Positions 26,589 through 37,990 of a DNA stretch of 41,898 nt are shown one piece after another. The notes beneath the pieces are model-generated. The model was not told the DNA's origin, did not search any database, and saw nothing but the letters and a program-made list of their open reading frames with translations. A program made the translations under genes and the position numbers. The number at the start of each line of letters is the position of its first letter. Position 1 is the stretch's first letter. Source of the stretch: Octopus bimaculoides (taxonomy: Eukaryota); contig NC_068989.1 in NCBI RefSeq assembly GCF_001194135.2, positions 1,471,322 through 1,513,219 on the forward strand, read 5' to 3'.

Positions 26589-26712
26589 CTATAAGTTTCA
26601 TGTTTGGATAGTGCAATAGTCGGACGAGCTTGTATAGCTTGTTGCCTGATAATACAAGACACGCTACACAAGCTCGTCCGACTCTTGTACTATTAGACCA
26701 TGAAACTTATAG
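26589..26712. repeat. 124-bp hairpin / MITE-like inverted repeat
   Basis: 50-bp arms match at 43/50 positions; 24-nt spacer. Confidence 0.9.
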
Positions 26713-26776
26713 TCATTCATATTGAAGTTCTGTGTATATTAAATTACATGTATATATATTTTAATTTACTTTTCCC

Positions 26777-27098
26777 GGCACTCCGTCGGTTTCGACGATG
26801 CGTGTTCCATCTGATCTGATCAACGGAACAGCCTGCTCGTAAAATTAACGTGCAAGCGGATGAGTATTCCACGGACATGGGTACCCTTAACATACTTCTC
26901 AGAGAGATTCAGCGTGACACATAATGTAACGAGGCTGGCCCCTTTTGAATTACAGGCACAACTCATTTTTGCCAGCTGAGTCGACTGGGAGCAATGCGAA
27001 ATAAAGTATCTTGCTCAAGGACCGAACGCGTCGCCAGAGTTCGAACTCATGACCTTACGATCGTGAACCGAACACACTAACCACTGAGCCACGCGCCT
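26777..27098 (-). mobile_element. tRNA-derived SINE family B, full-length copy of about 320 bp
   Basis: Minus strand has A box TGGCTCAGTGG and B box GAGTTCGAACTC, then TCCTTGAGCAAGATACTTTATTTC and a body ending CCGACGGAGTGCC. Homologous copies lie elsewhere in the window. Confidence 0.92.
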
Positions 27099-27163
27099 CC
27101 ACATATGACTTAATAACAACAACAACAACAACGACAACACTACCTTCAACAATAACAGCAAAA

Positions 27164-27230
<67 letters not shown>

Positions 27231-27794
27231 ACTACTACTGCTACTGCTACTNNNNNNNNNNNNNNNNNNNNNNNNNNNNNNNNNNNNNNNNNNNNNNNNN
27301 NNNNNNNNNNNNNNNNNNNNNNNNNNNNNNNNNNNNNNNNNNNNNNNNNNNNNNNNNNNNNNNNNNNNNNNNNNNNNNNNNNNNNNNNNNNNNNNNNNNN
27401 NNNNNNNNNNNNNNNNNNNNNNNNNNNNNNNNNNNNNNNNNNNNNNNNNNNNNNNNNNNNNNNNNNNNNNNNNNNNNNNNNNNNNNNNNNNNNNNNNNNN
27501 NNNNNNNNNNNNNNNNNNNNNNNNNNNNNNNNNNNNNNNNNNNNNNNNNNNNNNNNNNNNNNNNNNNNNNNNNNNNNNNNNNNNNNNNNNNNNNNNNNNN
27601 NNNNNNGAGGAAGAGAAGAGATTGAAAAATAGGGGTAAGAAGGAGTAGTAAATAAGATAAAAAGAAGGGAATCAGAGAGAGAGAGAGAGAGAGGGGGAGA
27701 GAGGGAGGGAGAGGGAGAGAAGGAAAGAGAGAGAGGGAGAGAGATAGAGACAAAATGAGAGAGATGTGACTTATGTGTAAAACTGAAGTACTGT

Positions 27795-27870
27795 TGTTTA
27801 ACCCTCGGTCACCCTTGACCAAGCAGATCTCTGATCAAAGACATTCCATCACGACCATTCCATATTTTTT
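27795..27870 (-). mobile_element. Dispersed repeat 3' end (family C)
   Basis: TTTAACCCTCGGTCACCCTTGACCAAGCAGATCTCTGATCAAAGACATTCC is similar to TTTAGCCCTAGGTCAGTCCTACCAGAGCAGACCTTGATCAAAGTCATTTC at ~34504-34553. Confidence 0.65.
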
Positions 27871-28079
27871 GCTACGACACTGAATAGTTTTGCAACATCA
27901 GGAGTCAAATCACATCAACAATATTTCCAGTGTAACTTTGACAGCATTTTCGCATCTGAATAGGAGTCGATAACAGGTCGCAGAACCACTTAAGAGGCGA
28001 AACCTTTTTATATAATCTTCAGGCAGAAGGTTAGCGATTCTGAGTGGAAGATTAGACGATTAAATAAATAAGAACTTGA

Positions 28080-28205
28080 CTGAATTCCCGACCCTTGAAG
28101 GATGAAATTCCAAGTTGACCTCGACAAGATATGAAGTCGAACACAGAGCGAATGCTGCCAATCATTGTATTCGACCTTCTAATTGCGATTCTGCTAATCC
28201 GGTGC
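28080..28205 (-). mobile_element. Decayed tRNA-derived SINE (family D)
   Basis: The reverse complement GAGGTCAACTTGGAATTTCATCCTTCAAGGGTCG resembles GAGGTTCAATTCACCTTTTATCATTTCGGGGTCG at 37421. Confidence 0.6.
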
Positions 28206-28440
28206 CATATTCTTAGGTCAAACAATGATCTCTAGCAGAAACACAGCTGTAAGTCATTGTGGCGACTCCTTTCGGGCGGATATTTAATTGATTTCATTGA
28301 TCTCAACCATTTTATGTTATCGACTCCGGCGCTCTGACGCATCCCTATCGAAATATGACAAAATTATTCTATAGAAAAATAATTTTACCTGGATTTAAGT
28401 GTTGCAGTGTCCATAAGACCTATTTTAAGCTAACATTGTT

Positions 28441-28558
28441 CGAAAGTATAAAAGGCGAAGTCGACGCCATCGCGACTTGAACTCATCATATAAAAGGCCG
28501 TAGCTAAACACAAGGCATTTTGTCCGATGCTCTACTGTTTATACTATACACCGCCCTT
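28441..28558 (-). mobile_element. Decayed tRNA-derived SINE head (family D)
   Basis: Minus strand ...TAGAGCATCGGACAAAATGCCTT...GAGTTCAAGTC (B-box like)...GTCGACTTCGCCTTTTATACTTTCG. Confidence 0.6.
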
Positions 28559-29054
28559 GTTTTCTAAATCAAATAATTTTTCTGTGCTTTTACTGGACCC
28601 CTAAATATCTCAGGATAATAGGGGATTGTTATTCATATTGCGTGATGTATATGATGAGGTCCCCAGCGGCGTTAGCATTGCAAATCTTTTCAAACGGCTT
28701 CACCTGAGATCGAACGCTGGACGCGGGCCTAGCTCGCCGGAAGCTTATTTCCTGCCCCTTTTCCCTGCCTCACTCACCGCTTCTTGTCTCTGTTTAATGA
28801 TAATCATAAATAATACCAGTTACAAGATCAACGGTTTTCTTAATTGTCTTTTTGCCTGCAAGAGAGAACAACGACGACAACAACAACAGCAAAGCTATTA
28901 AGAAGGAGAGTGACAGGGAGAAGAAGGGATAGGGGTAGAGAATTTGATGATGATGGTGATGATGATGGTGATGATGATGGTGATGAATACAGTTATCAAG
29001 TAATATTTGAGGATATAATTGCTGCTTATGTTTCTTGTTATGGGCCCGCTTAAG

Positions 29055-29111
<57 letters not shown>

Positions 29112-29350
29112 CCATTCTCACCTCTATTATATTATTGTATTGTTTTTTTTCACCTGATGTAGCCCCANNNNNNNNNNNNNNNNNNNNNNNNNNNNNNNNN
29201 NNNNNNNNNNNNNNNNNNNNNNNNNNNNNNNNNNNNNNNNNNNNNNNNNNNNNNNNNNNNNNNNNNNNNNNNNNNNNNNNNNNNNNNNNNNNNNNNNNNN
29301 NNNNNNNNNNNNNNNNNNNNNNNNNNNNAATAATGATAATAGTAATAATA

Positions 29351-29430
<80 letters not shown>

Positions 29431-29451
29431 TATTATTATTATTATTATTAT

Positions 29452-29496
<45 letters not shown>

Positions 29497-29839
29497 CAGC
29501 AGCAGCAGCAAGGGGGGGAGAGGAGGTGGTGGTATTGTCATCATCATCATCATCATCGTCGTCATTATTATTATTATTATTATTATTTCGGTCACTTCAG
29601 TGATAGGGGGGTGGGGTGGGGGGAGGCAGTTAATGTTGTTTATTTTACGTTTTTTTCCTTACACTTGTTTTCTGTATTTGTTTTGTGTGTTTCGTGTGAA
29701 TAAATTTTAGTTGTCTTTATTTTTTTTTTTATTAAATTCATTCATTTATTTATTCAACTATCTTTTTCGTCGCCTTTTATCTTTTATCCCTTTTTTTTTC
29801 TTATCCATTCCCTACCACCTCTCTCCATATCCCACCAGG

Positions 29840-29964
29840 ACTTCTTCGGCGTGTCTCCCTGGTGTGAAATGCCATTAGCCACACGTGTCATGGGAGCCAC
29901 CGATTTCGCGACACGGTCGCCATCTTGTCTTCTTGCAACGTCGCGACGGACAAGTGTGCCGTAC

Positions 29965-30006
<42 letters not shown>

Positions 30007-30075
30007 CACAACGTAAGACAGTGCTGTGATACGGCAGCAGTTTCCAGTAAAGGACAAGGGCGGACCCGACCGTAA
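29840..30075 (-). promoter_or_regulatory. Candidate CpG-rich regulatory island with a YY1-type motif
   Basis: Locally CpG-rich. CGCCATCTT at 29918-29926 (AAGATGGCG on minus), TCGCGA at 29906 and 29941, E-box CACGTG at 29882, GGGCGG near 30058. Confidence 0.3.
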
Positions 30076-30476
30076 TGCTCTGTGGAGATAGATATAATCA
30101 GAACGAAGAAGAAGAAGAAGACGAAGAAGAAGAAGAAGAAAGCAGGTAAAAGATATAGAAGTACTTGGTGAGACAAGGACAAACTCAAAACTGCAATGAA
30201 TACGCGTCTGTTTGACCGAGAGCTAGGTAACACGTGACTTCTGCTATCGATTATTTTTTTTTAATCATGAATAAAGACTCTAAGCACCATACACACACAC
30301 ACGCACACAAACAGACAACCACACACACTCAAACACACTCACACGTGCACATCTATGCGCATACATACACATGCTCACTCGCACACATGTAATTACAAGC
30401 ACATACAAACAAAAACAATTATATACGTTAAAAGTGAATTTCTATCTATCTATCTATCTCTCTATCTATCTATCTA

Positions 30477-30514
<38 letters not shown>

Positions 30515-30995
30515 AATCTATTTATCTATCTGTCTCTTTACACATACAGATATNNNNNNNNNNNNNNNNNNNNNNNNNNNNNNNNNNNNNNNNNNNNNNN
30601 NNNNNNNNNNNNNNNNNNNNNNNNNNNNNNNNNNNNNNNNNNNNNNNNNNNNNNNNNNNNNNNNNNNNNNNNNNNNNNNNNNNNNNNNNNNNNNNNNNNN
30701 NNNNNNNNNNNNNNNNNNNNNNNNNNNNNNNNNNNNNNNNNNNNNNNNNNNNNNNNNNNNNNNNNNNNNNNNNNNNNNNNNNNNNNNNNNNNNNNNNNNN
30801 NNNNNNNNNNNNNNNNNNNNNNNNNNNNNNNNNNNNNNNNNNNNNNNNNNNNNNNNNNNNNNNNNNNNNNNNNNNNNNNNNNNNNNNNNNNNNNNNNNNN
30901 NNNNNNNNNNNNNNNNNNNNNNNNNNNNNNNNNNNNNNNNNNNNNNNNNNNNNNNNNNNNNNNNNNNNNNNNNNNNNNNNNATATATATATATAT

Positions 30996-31170
30996 GCGCA
31001 AGAGTGGCTTGTGTGGCTTGTGTAGCTTGCTTACCAGTCACATGGTTCCGGGTTCAGTCCCACTGCGTGGCACCTTGGGCAAGTGTCTCCTACTACATCC
31101 TCGGGCCGATCAAAGCCTTGTTAGTGGATTTGGTAGATGGAAACTGAAAAGACGCCCGTCGTGTATATAT
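30996..31170 (+). mobile_element. SINE family A 5' half
   Basis: tRNA-like head with B-box-like GGGTTCAGTCCC, CORE-like CCTTGGGCAAGTG, then GTGGATTTGGTAGATGGAAACTGAAA. An inverted homolog lies at 22411-22549. Confidence 0.9.
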
Positions 31171-31233
31171 AGTAAGACCCAAAGGTGTCCAACGTGGGTC
31201 ATATATCAGCGTGTGTATATATAATTTTTTTTT

Positions 31234-31326
31234 TAGAATCAGATAAAATACCAAGGCTGTGAAGATTTTAGAACATTTATAAAAGTTCTAGAATCTTCAC
31301 AGCCTTGGTTTTTTTATTTCATTCTA
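31234..31326. repeat. Near-perfect hairpin
   Basis: CCAAGGCTGTGAAGATTTTAGAAC (31251-31274) pairs with 31285-31308 at 23/24 positions; 10-nt loop; weaker outer arms. Confidence 0.9.
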
Positions 31327-31379
31327 GAAGAAAAAGAAATCATGTGTGTGTGGGGGGACAAGAACCATTACTTAAGGAA

Positions 31380-31540
31380 CTCACGCTCAACCTGCTAAAA
31401 ATAACACCCTAATCTCCTTAAAATCACGTAGAACCTTTTTAAAGAAAAAGAACATTAAATAATATACGTCTAGATACAGTATCTGAAGAGTCATGATGGA
31501 ATGCCACAAATGGAATGGTCACAAATGGAATGACGGGTCT
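31380..31540 (+). mobile_element. Dispersed repeat (family C)
   Basis: CGCTCAACCTGCTAAAAATAACACCCTAATCTCCTTAAAATC matches the reverse complements of ~39072-39115 and ~12397-12418. Confidence 0.6.
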
Positions 31541-31762
31541 GCGCGATTTAAAAGACCAGAAAAATTGATCAGAAATTTTCCGCATATTGCCGTCTGTTTC
31601 CGTCTATTTCCGCCTTCTTTCGTACATGTTCCAAGACGTTTTCACGTGCTGGTAATTTCAGGGTCATTAGTTCATCGAAGGACCACGTCAAACCAGTGGC
31701 ATCGTATTTCATGTAACTGGCAATTATTAACAACCTCGCTACACATAATTAATAGTGCACAC

Positions 31763-31808
<46 letters not shown>

Positions 31809-31882
31809 AAACCTATGTGTATGTCTGTGTGTGTGTGTGTGTGTGTCTGTGTGTGTGTGTGTGTGTCTGTGTCTGTGTGTCT

Positions 31883-31914
<32 letters not shown>

Positions 31915-32045
31915 ATAAACTTACACATATATACACACACACATACATATATACACGTTGTTTTAAAGCGTATGCTTTTACCAGCTGATTCGTCTAAATT
32001 TACACACATAATATGGTACTTCTGTGAAACGTGTTATATACATAC

Positions 32046-32082
<37 letters not shown>

Positions 32083-33530
32083 NNNNNNNNNNNNNNNNNN
32101 NNNNNNNNNNNNNNNNNNNNNNNNNNNNNNNNNNNNNNNNNNNNNNNNNNNNNNNNNNNNNNNNNNNNNNNNNNNNNNNNNNNNNNNNNNNNNNNNNNNN
32201 NNNNNNNNNNNNNNNNNNNNNNNNNNNNNNNNNNNNNNNNNNNNNNNNNNNNNNNNNNNNNNNNNNNNNNNNNNNNNNNNNNNNNNNNNNNNNNNNNNNN
32301 NNNNNNNNNNNNNNNNNNNNNATATATATATATATATATATACATACATACACACATATATACATATACACTTGTATGTATGTTTGTGTGTAAATGTGAA
32401 GGTGCTTGTGGGTGTGTATACATGCGTACTGAAGTGTTTCCTTGAAGATGCGTTTATTGACGAGGCCCCGAGGAGTAGAGGGGTGTGGCTGCGTTAACTG
32501 GTGTCTACTACGTGTGTGTTTATGTGCTGTCAATGTGTGTGATATTAACGTATTAGAGTGTGTATGGAGAAGAGTATATTTGTTAAGTAGGCGTTTGTGT
32601 GTGTATGCGTGCTTGTGTGTGCGTGTGTGTGTGTGCGTGTGTGTGTGTAATATTGTTCCTGTGAACTCCTAAAATTGGCGTCGTTCCAGTGTATTCTGAA
32701 ATATTCGAATAAGTTATAATAAAGTGTATATCGAAATCGGCGTACATACAGCACTCACACACACACACACTCACACACTCACGCGCGCGCGCGCGCGCAT
32801 GCACGCACGCATGCTTGCACGTGTGCACATTTTTCTTTAACAGTTTTCAAATCCGTGAGCGGTGGTGTGTTCATGTTAAGTGTAAACTTGCTGAAAACAA
32901 TTCCGTTTTAGAGATGAAATAATTAAGCAAACAGCAAACTAAACACAAACATAAATTGCCTTTGCCACTCCCTCCACACTGACCCCACATCGCAATCATC
33001 ATCATCATCATGCGCCGTCCCCTTTTCTATCCATCAGTACCAAAATCTAGTTGGTGCCCATTAATAAAAATATCAGGTTTAGTGTAACATGAGGAAAAGT
33101 CAGCTTTGATAGTTTTCGTTGAATTCTCGATCCAAACCAACCATTCAGTCAGCCACCTAGAGAGTTCCTGGTGGCGGTTCGATGCTGTGGAGAAGCCCCA
33201 ACCCTGAATCCCACAATACAATGAAATGGGTTTGCTTGGAGAGGGCTTCTCCTATAATTTGGACAACATTTTAGGTGTTAAAAGGTGGAGGGAGAGGGGG
33301 GCGGAAAGGAAAAAAAAAAGCTTGTCACTCTATCACCTATACCAGTCCACCACCACCACCACCACCACTACCACCACCACTACCACCACCACTATTACCC
33401 ATGTTTCTACCATCACCACGACCACCAATAACTTAACCACTGTTACACCCCTTCATTTTAACAACCCTATATACCAGCCTCGTCGCATCAGTTTCCAGCC
33501 CTTCCTAGTCTCTATGAATGTAGTTTGCTC

Positions 33531-33572
<42 letters not shown>

Positions 33573-34114
33573 ATGTATGTATGCATGTGTGTGTGAATGA
33601 AGTACGTGGGTGGGAACGAACGACCTTCGTCAGAGGGAACACCCTCAATCTTGCTGTCGAAAATATCATAATTAAACGAACCATTAGAGGGCGAAAACGT
33701 TGTTCGTGTTCTTTGTAGCATCTTACAAATGATAATATATGTTTGTATGATTTCTTTTGTAACATCTCTACTATAATAAACGAAAGGCACACTTTGCATT
33801 ATGTCCGTTGTACTATAAAACCTACACCTATGCTTTACTTTCTCTCCAGCTCGCCTCTCTCTTTTTATACGATTTGTTTCACTTTCACTTTTTGTTAGGT
33901 TTTAGTTTTCTTTCAGCGTTCATTTAATCATTCCCCCAGCCAGCCATTTTATTATCCTCCCACCATTGACTTATTTTATCTTCTGAATTCATTCATTCGT
34001 TCTTCTTTCAGCTCTTTCTTTTACATATTTTTCATTATTCATATCAATTTTCTCTTCCTTTTATTTTCCAGATTATTTTTTTATTTATTTCCATAATGTC
34101 ATGTCTTATTTTCA

Positions 34115-34116
34115 TT

Positions 34117-34186
<70 letters not shown>
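34115..34186. repeat. (TTTC)n microsatellite
   Basis: Read directly. Confidence 0.97.
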
Positions 34187-34187
<1 letters not shown>

Positions 34188-34503
34188 GTCTTTTGTTCCA
34201 AATCATCTTTTATTCTCTTCTCTCTCTTTCCTTCCGCTCAATCTTTTCCTTTACAATTTTCTTCTATTATCTCTTTACAATTTATTCTTTTCTTCCTGTT
34301 TTCTTCACATTCTTCACTCCGTCTATTTCAAATTTTTATAAATTTCGCTCTTTCTTTTTATTCATATTCATCTTTCTATTTTCGTGCCTTAATTATATAT
34401 ATATACACACACATATATATCAGTTTTCTTCTCCCTCCTTCTCGCTCTTTTCTCTCTTTCTCTCTCTCTTTGTTTTCTTTATTATTTTATTTCAATATTT
34501 CTT

Positions 34504-34570
34504 TGTTTAGCCCTAGGTCAGTCCTACCAGAGCAGACCTTGATCAAAGTCATTTCACATTTGACTGTCTA
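34504..34570 (-). mobile_element. Dispersed repeat 3' end (family C)
   Basis: Homologous to 27795-27870. Confidence 0.65.
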
Positions 34571-34723
34571 TTATATTTTCATTCACAGTCTATCTAGGAT
34601 TCAGTTATCCAGTAAGACATCAATGGTGAATGACTACGAAGAAAGTAACCCTTCGTTGGTTCGCAGTGCTTAGTACGGCTACCTTCTTGTAGCATAAAAA
34701 TGGTGTTCGTCTGATTGTTGTTG

Positions 34724-34806
<83 letters not shown>

Positions 34807-35436
34807 CCTAGACTAGACTAGACTACCCCGTGACCTGTTGGGTCACTGACAGTTCAGATTATAAAACATTGAAGCTGGTTTCAACATTGCATTGAAATGA
34901 AAGTGAATTTTATGATGATTCAATTAAATATTTCAATTCGTTCGTGTCATCACAAGTCTGGTTTACAAGTTCGTGTTTAAGGTTTTACTGATTATTTACA
35001 GCATCAAATAGAAACAGAACTTCCGGGATAAACTTGAACTCCAGGAACAGCATTTATTTATGGTGTATGTGCACAATTCTACAAAGATGCAAAAGGAATT
35101 GTTATATAATACAAACATAAAATTAATGGAAACAATTTTCACATTATTATATATTCCCATTTCAAGGTTATGTTACTTTGGGAATATTTTCCCATTATGC
35201 ACCAGCGATTGATAATCAACGCAAGGTAGATAACACCTTTATTCGAACAAAAACTTTCTTTTCGCTCTCTCTCTCTCTCCTTCTACACACACACAGACAG
35301 ACAGACACACACATACAAACACACACACACGCACACACACAAATACGCATCCACGTATACACATATATGCACACGTATGTGTGTACTCAGGAATGTACGT
35401 ATGTGCGTATGAAAGTATGTATATATCTAGACATGT

Positions 35437-35483
<47 letters not shown>

Positions 35484-35687
35484 TGTGCGTATATATGTAT
35501 GTATACAGTATATGCTGCGGTCTTGAGTGGAAGGGACAGAGGGCAGGGCCAGCACCAACAGCCAAGGCGAGTTGAGTAAAAAAGGACCGACTTCACGCTC
35601 GACCGCCCACGTGACTGACGTCAAGTATAATCACACCTTTTATCTGCTGAACTAACCCTTTCTTCACATAAACACTCAAAAACACAA

Positions 35688-35754
<67 letters not shown>

Positions 35755-35856
35755 GCTGCTGCTGTTGTTGTTGTTGCTTGTGGTTAGGAGATAACATAAA
35801 TGTACCAGCCCTAAATAGTACCCTATATAGGTCTTTGTAGGCTTTATAGTTCATAT

Positions 35857-36225
35857 CAGTTGTTCTCAGCCGGGGCACATAAGATCTTTGAAGTTCATAT
35901 ATTTTTGAAGGTCCACACAAACAAAACAGTAAATTGGGGATCCACAGTAATATTTTAAGGGTCCAATGAAAACTTTTGCAAGAAACAGCTCGGTTGTTTC
36001 CCTAACATTTTACCTAAGTTTAACAAGCTTCCGGTCCCTAAAACACGTTCTTTCAGAGAGTTTCATTGCAAACCTACACAAGTGGATGGGTGAAAAAGGA
36101 AAAAAAAAAAAAATTGAAAAAACAAGGTTCTATAAACGTAAACATTGAATGGAAATGGGAGCCCACAAAAATCAGACGGAAATCAAATTGGGTCCATAGG
36201 GGAGAAAATGGTTGAGCACAAATTG
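35857..36225. mobile_element. Decayed hAT/Charlie-like MITE
   Basis: Left end CAGTTGTTCTCAGCCGGGG and right end GGGTCCATAGGGGAGAAAATGGTTGAGCACAAATTG resemble the CAGTGGTTCTCAACC/GGTTGAGAACCACTG hAT TIR. No clear 8-bp TSD. Confidence 0.55.
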
Positions 36226-36628
36226 GTTATATGAGAAATAAGTTTTACCATAGTCGAAAAGAGGTCTTTGTTTTACACGATTTCATTTTACATGGTGACT
36301 CGTTGAAACAGACTCCAGTGCAGTTTAGGCCTTGAAACCGCGTCACGACGAACCAGTATTTAATTTACAATTCATTGTGTATTTCTGTTCGTGCATTATT
36401 ATTGTGTCGTTTGTTAAAAATTCTGGGTTTGAGTGTTACACAGAAAATATGTAGAAAACAAAACAAAACCTGAGAGTGATAGGATGTTGTCAACTTAATG
36501 TGACAGTCCCATGAAAGGAAGAATACTACAGTTATTTAGCCCTAGGAAACACCGTTTCTTGTTGGACTTGACACATTTCCTCTGTTTTCAAAGTGGAGAC
36601 AAGCACCTCCACCCAGCAAAGCCAGCAT

Positions 36629-36669
36629 CCAGAGACTGGTTTCAGAGTCATTGCTCATCATCAGTCTGG
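36629..36669 (-). ncRNA. Minimal type I hammerhead ribozyme
   Basis: CCAGA-CUGAUGA-U GAG CAAUGA CUC U-GAAA-C CA G-UC/UCUGG. Complete core, 5-bp stem I (extendable), 3-bp stem II, stem III ACCAGU (one change from palindromic ACCGGU). Confidence 0.75.
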
Positions 36670-36718
36670 CGTAGCATGGCTTGCTAGCTGTCGATGCCTA
36701 TCCGCCTTTGGTGGGTGG

Positions 36719-36772
36719 AGGTGCTCCAGCATGGCCGCAGTCATTGAAAGCATCAATAAAAGAATAAAAGAG
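36719..36772 (+). mobile_element. SINE family A 3' tail fragment
   Basis: GGTGCTCCAGCATGGCCGCAGTC...AATAAAAGA, recognised from memory as the tail of this octopus SINE family. Confidence 0.5.
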
Positions 36773-37055
36773 TATCTATGTTAAAGTGTGCATGGATCTG
36801 TGTGTGTGTGTGTGTGTATGTGTTTATGTATGTAGCTGTGTCTGTACGCGTGTGGCCTTTTGTGTGGTAAGGATTTATGTGTGAAATGGTCGCCGTCAAA
36901 CAATATATTTCAACTCACGTGCACAACTACAATAATATATACACGCGTGCTTGAATATATATATGTATTTATACACACCTTAGAGATTAGACCGCGTGTT
37001 CTTACTATTGTATTCATATTACACGCGCACGCTCTGACAGACGCGCGCGCGCACA

Positions 37056-37057
<2 letters not shown>

Positions 37058-37142
<85 letters not shown>
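37058..37142. repeat. (CA)n microsatellite
   Basis: Read directly. Confidence 0.97.
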
Positions 37143-37145
<3 letters not shown>

Positions 37146-37420
37146 AAGAATCTATGAAGGAGTCTTCGGAAATGCCAATGTCGGGATTTTAATTTGCTTC
37201 AGTCGTCTTTTATCTTTTGCTTATTTCATTCATTGAACTGCGGCCGAGGTGGCGCACGAAAAGTTTTCACATAAAAAGCTACTATCAGTTGTTCTAAGAT
37301 CTTGGCAGCCATTAAGTGGACTGGGCATCACTAAACTCAAATAAGGCCAAAATACCACCAGTGTTGTTACCATGGCTACGAAAGATCAGAATTACTCTTC
37401 TACCCACAATGCAAATCTTT

Positions 37421-37470
37421 GAGGTTCAATTCACCTTTTATCATTTCGGGGTCGATAAAATAAGTACCAG
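37421..37470 (+). mobile_element. SINE central-domain fragment (family D)
   Basis: CCTTTTATCATTTCGGGGTCGATAAAATAAGTACCAG; related to the minus-strand copies at 28080 and 28441. Confidence 0.6.
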
Positions 37471-37865
37471 CTAAGATTCGTGAATAACTATTGTGGATTC
37501 GAGTGAAGTGGAAGAGAGAACTACGAAGATCTGTCGGATAGATTGCAAGGTTCTTGGCTGGGAGACCTAGTCTATTGCCTGGTTTAGTACCTTCAATTGA
37601 CCCTTAGATGCCTTTAGTTAGAGTCCACTCTATTCCAGGTATTTCGGCCAGAGGATAACAGTGGAATGGTTCTGAAACCGATTATTGGTGTTACCTTCCC
37701 CTTCTGACGAAGTAATTCGCTCTAACATTATCGTATAACTCTGCCATCGCTACCATAAATCAGAAAACATGATTGAAAATAATTGATAGCGACAGAAACA
37801 GTATTAATAACCAAGAGGTAATGTTTATCCCCACTTAAAAGTGGTTGTTGTGTCAGAACACCCAA

Positions 37866-37990
37866 AATACTGCGCTATTTACCAGAGAGAACCTCTCAAA
37901 TGGACTTGTGGTGCATAAAGACACTCGTGTTTATGTTTATGCACCACGAGTGCACATGGAAGGTTCTCTCTGAGTAAATAACGCTGTATT
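37866..37990. repeat. Imperfect long hairpin / MITE-like inverted repeat
   Basis: GCGCTATTTACCAGAGAGAACCT...TTGTGGTGCATAAA pairs with TTTATGCACCACGA...AGGTTCTCTCTGAGTAAATAACGC; arms about 55 bp. Confidence 0.85.

Noticed and set aside
27040-27098. tRNA-like A and B boxes
   Set aside because: These are the head of a SINE with homologous copies, not a tRNA gene; no complete cloverleaf.
28620-28860. Repeat-free stretch with TAAT/TGAT motifs, possible conserved non-coding element
   Set aside because: The motifs are too short to be significant in AT-rich DNA; cannot be supported without cross-species alignment.
31495-31537. Three short direct repeats TGGAATG(N)CACAAA
   Set aside because: Local tandem slippage within a dispersed repeat; not CRISPR-like (no unique spacers, eukaryotic context).
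33027-33221. Minus-strand 64-aa ORF with a possible acceptor (…GATTCAG)
   Set aside because: The peptide is not recognisable and has no partner exons; it would need RNA-seq or tBLASTn support.
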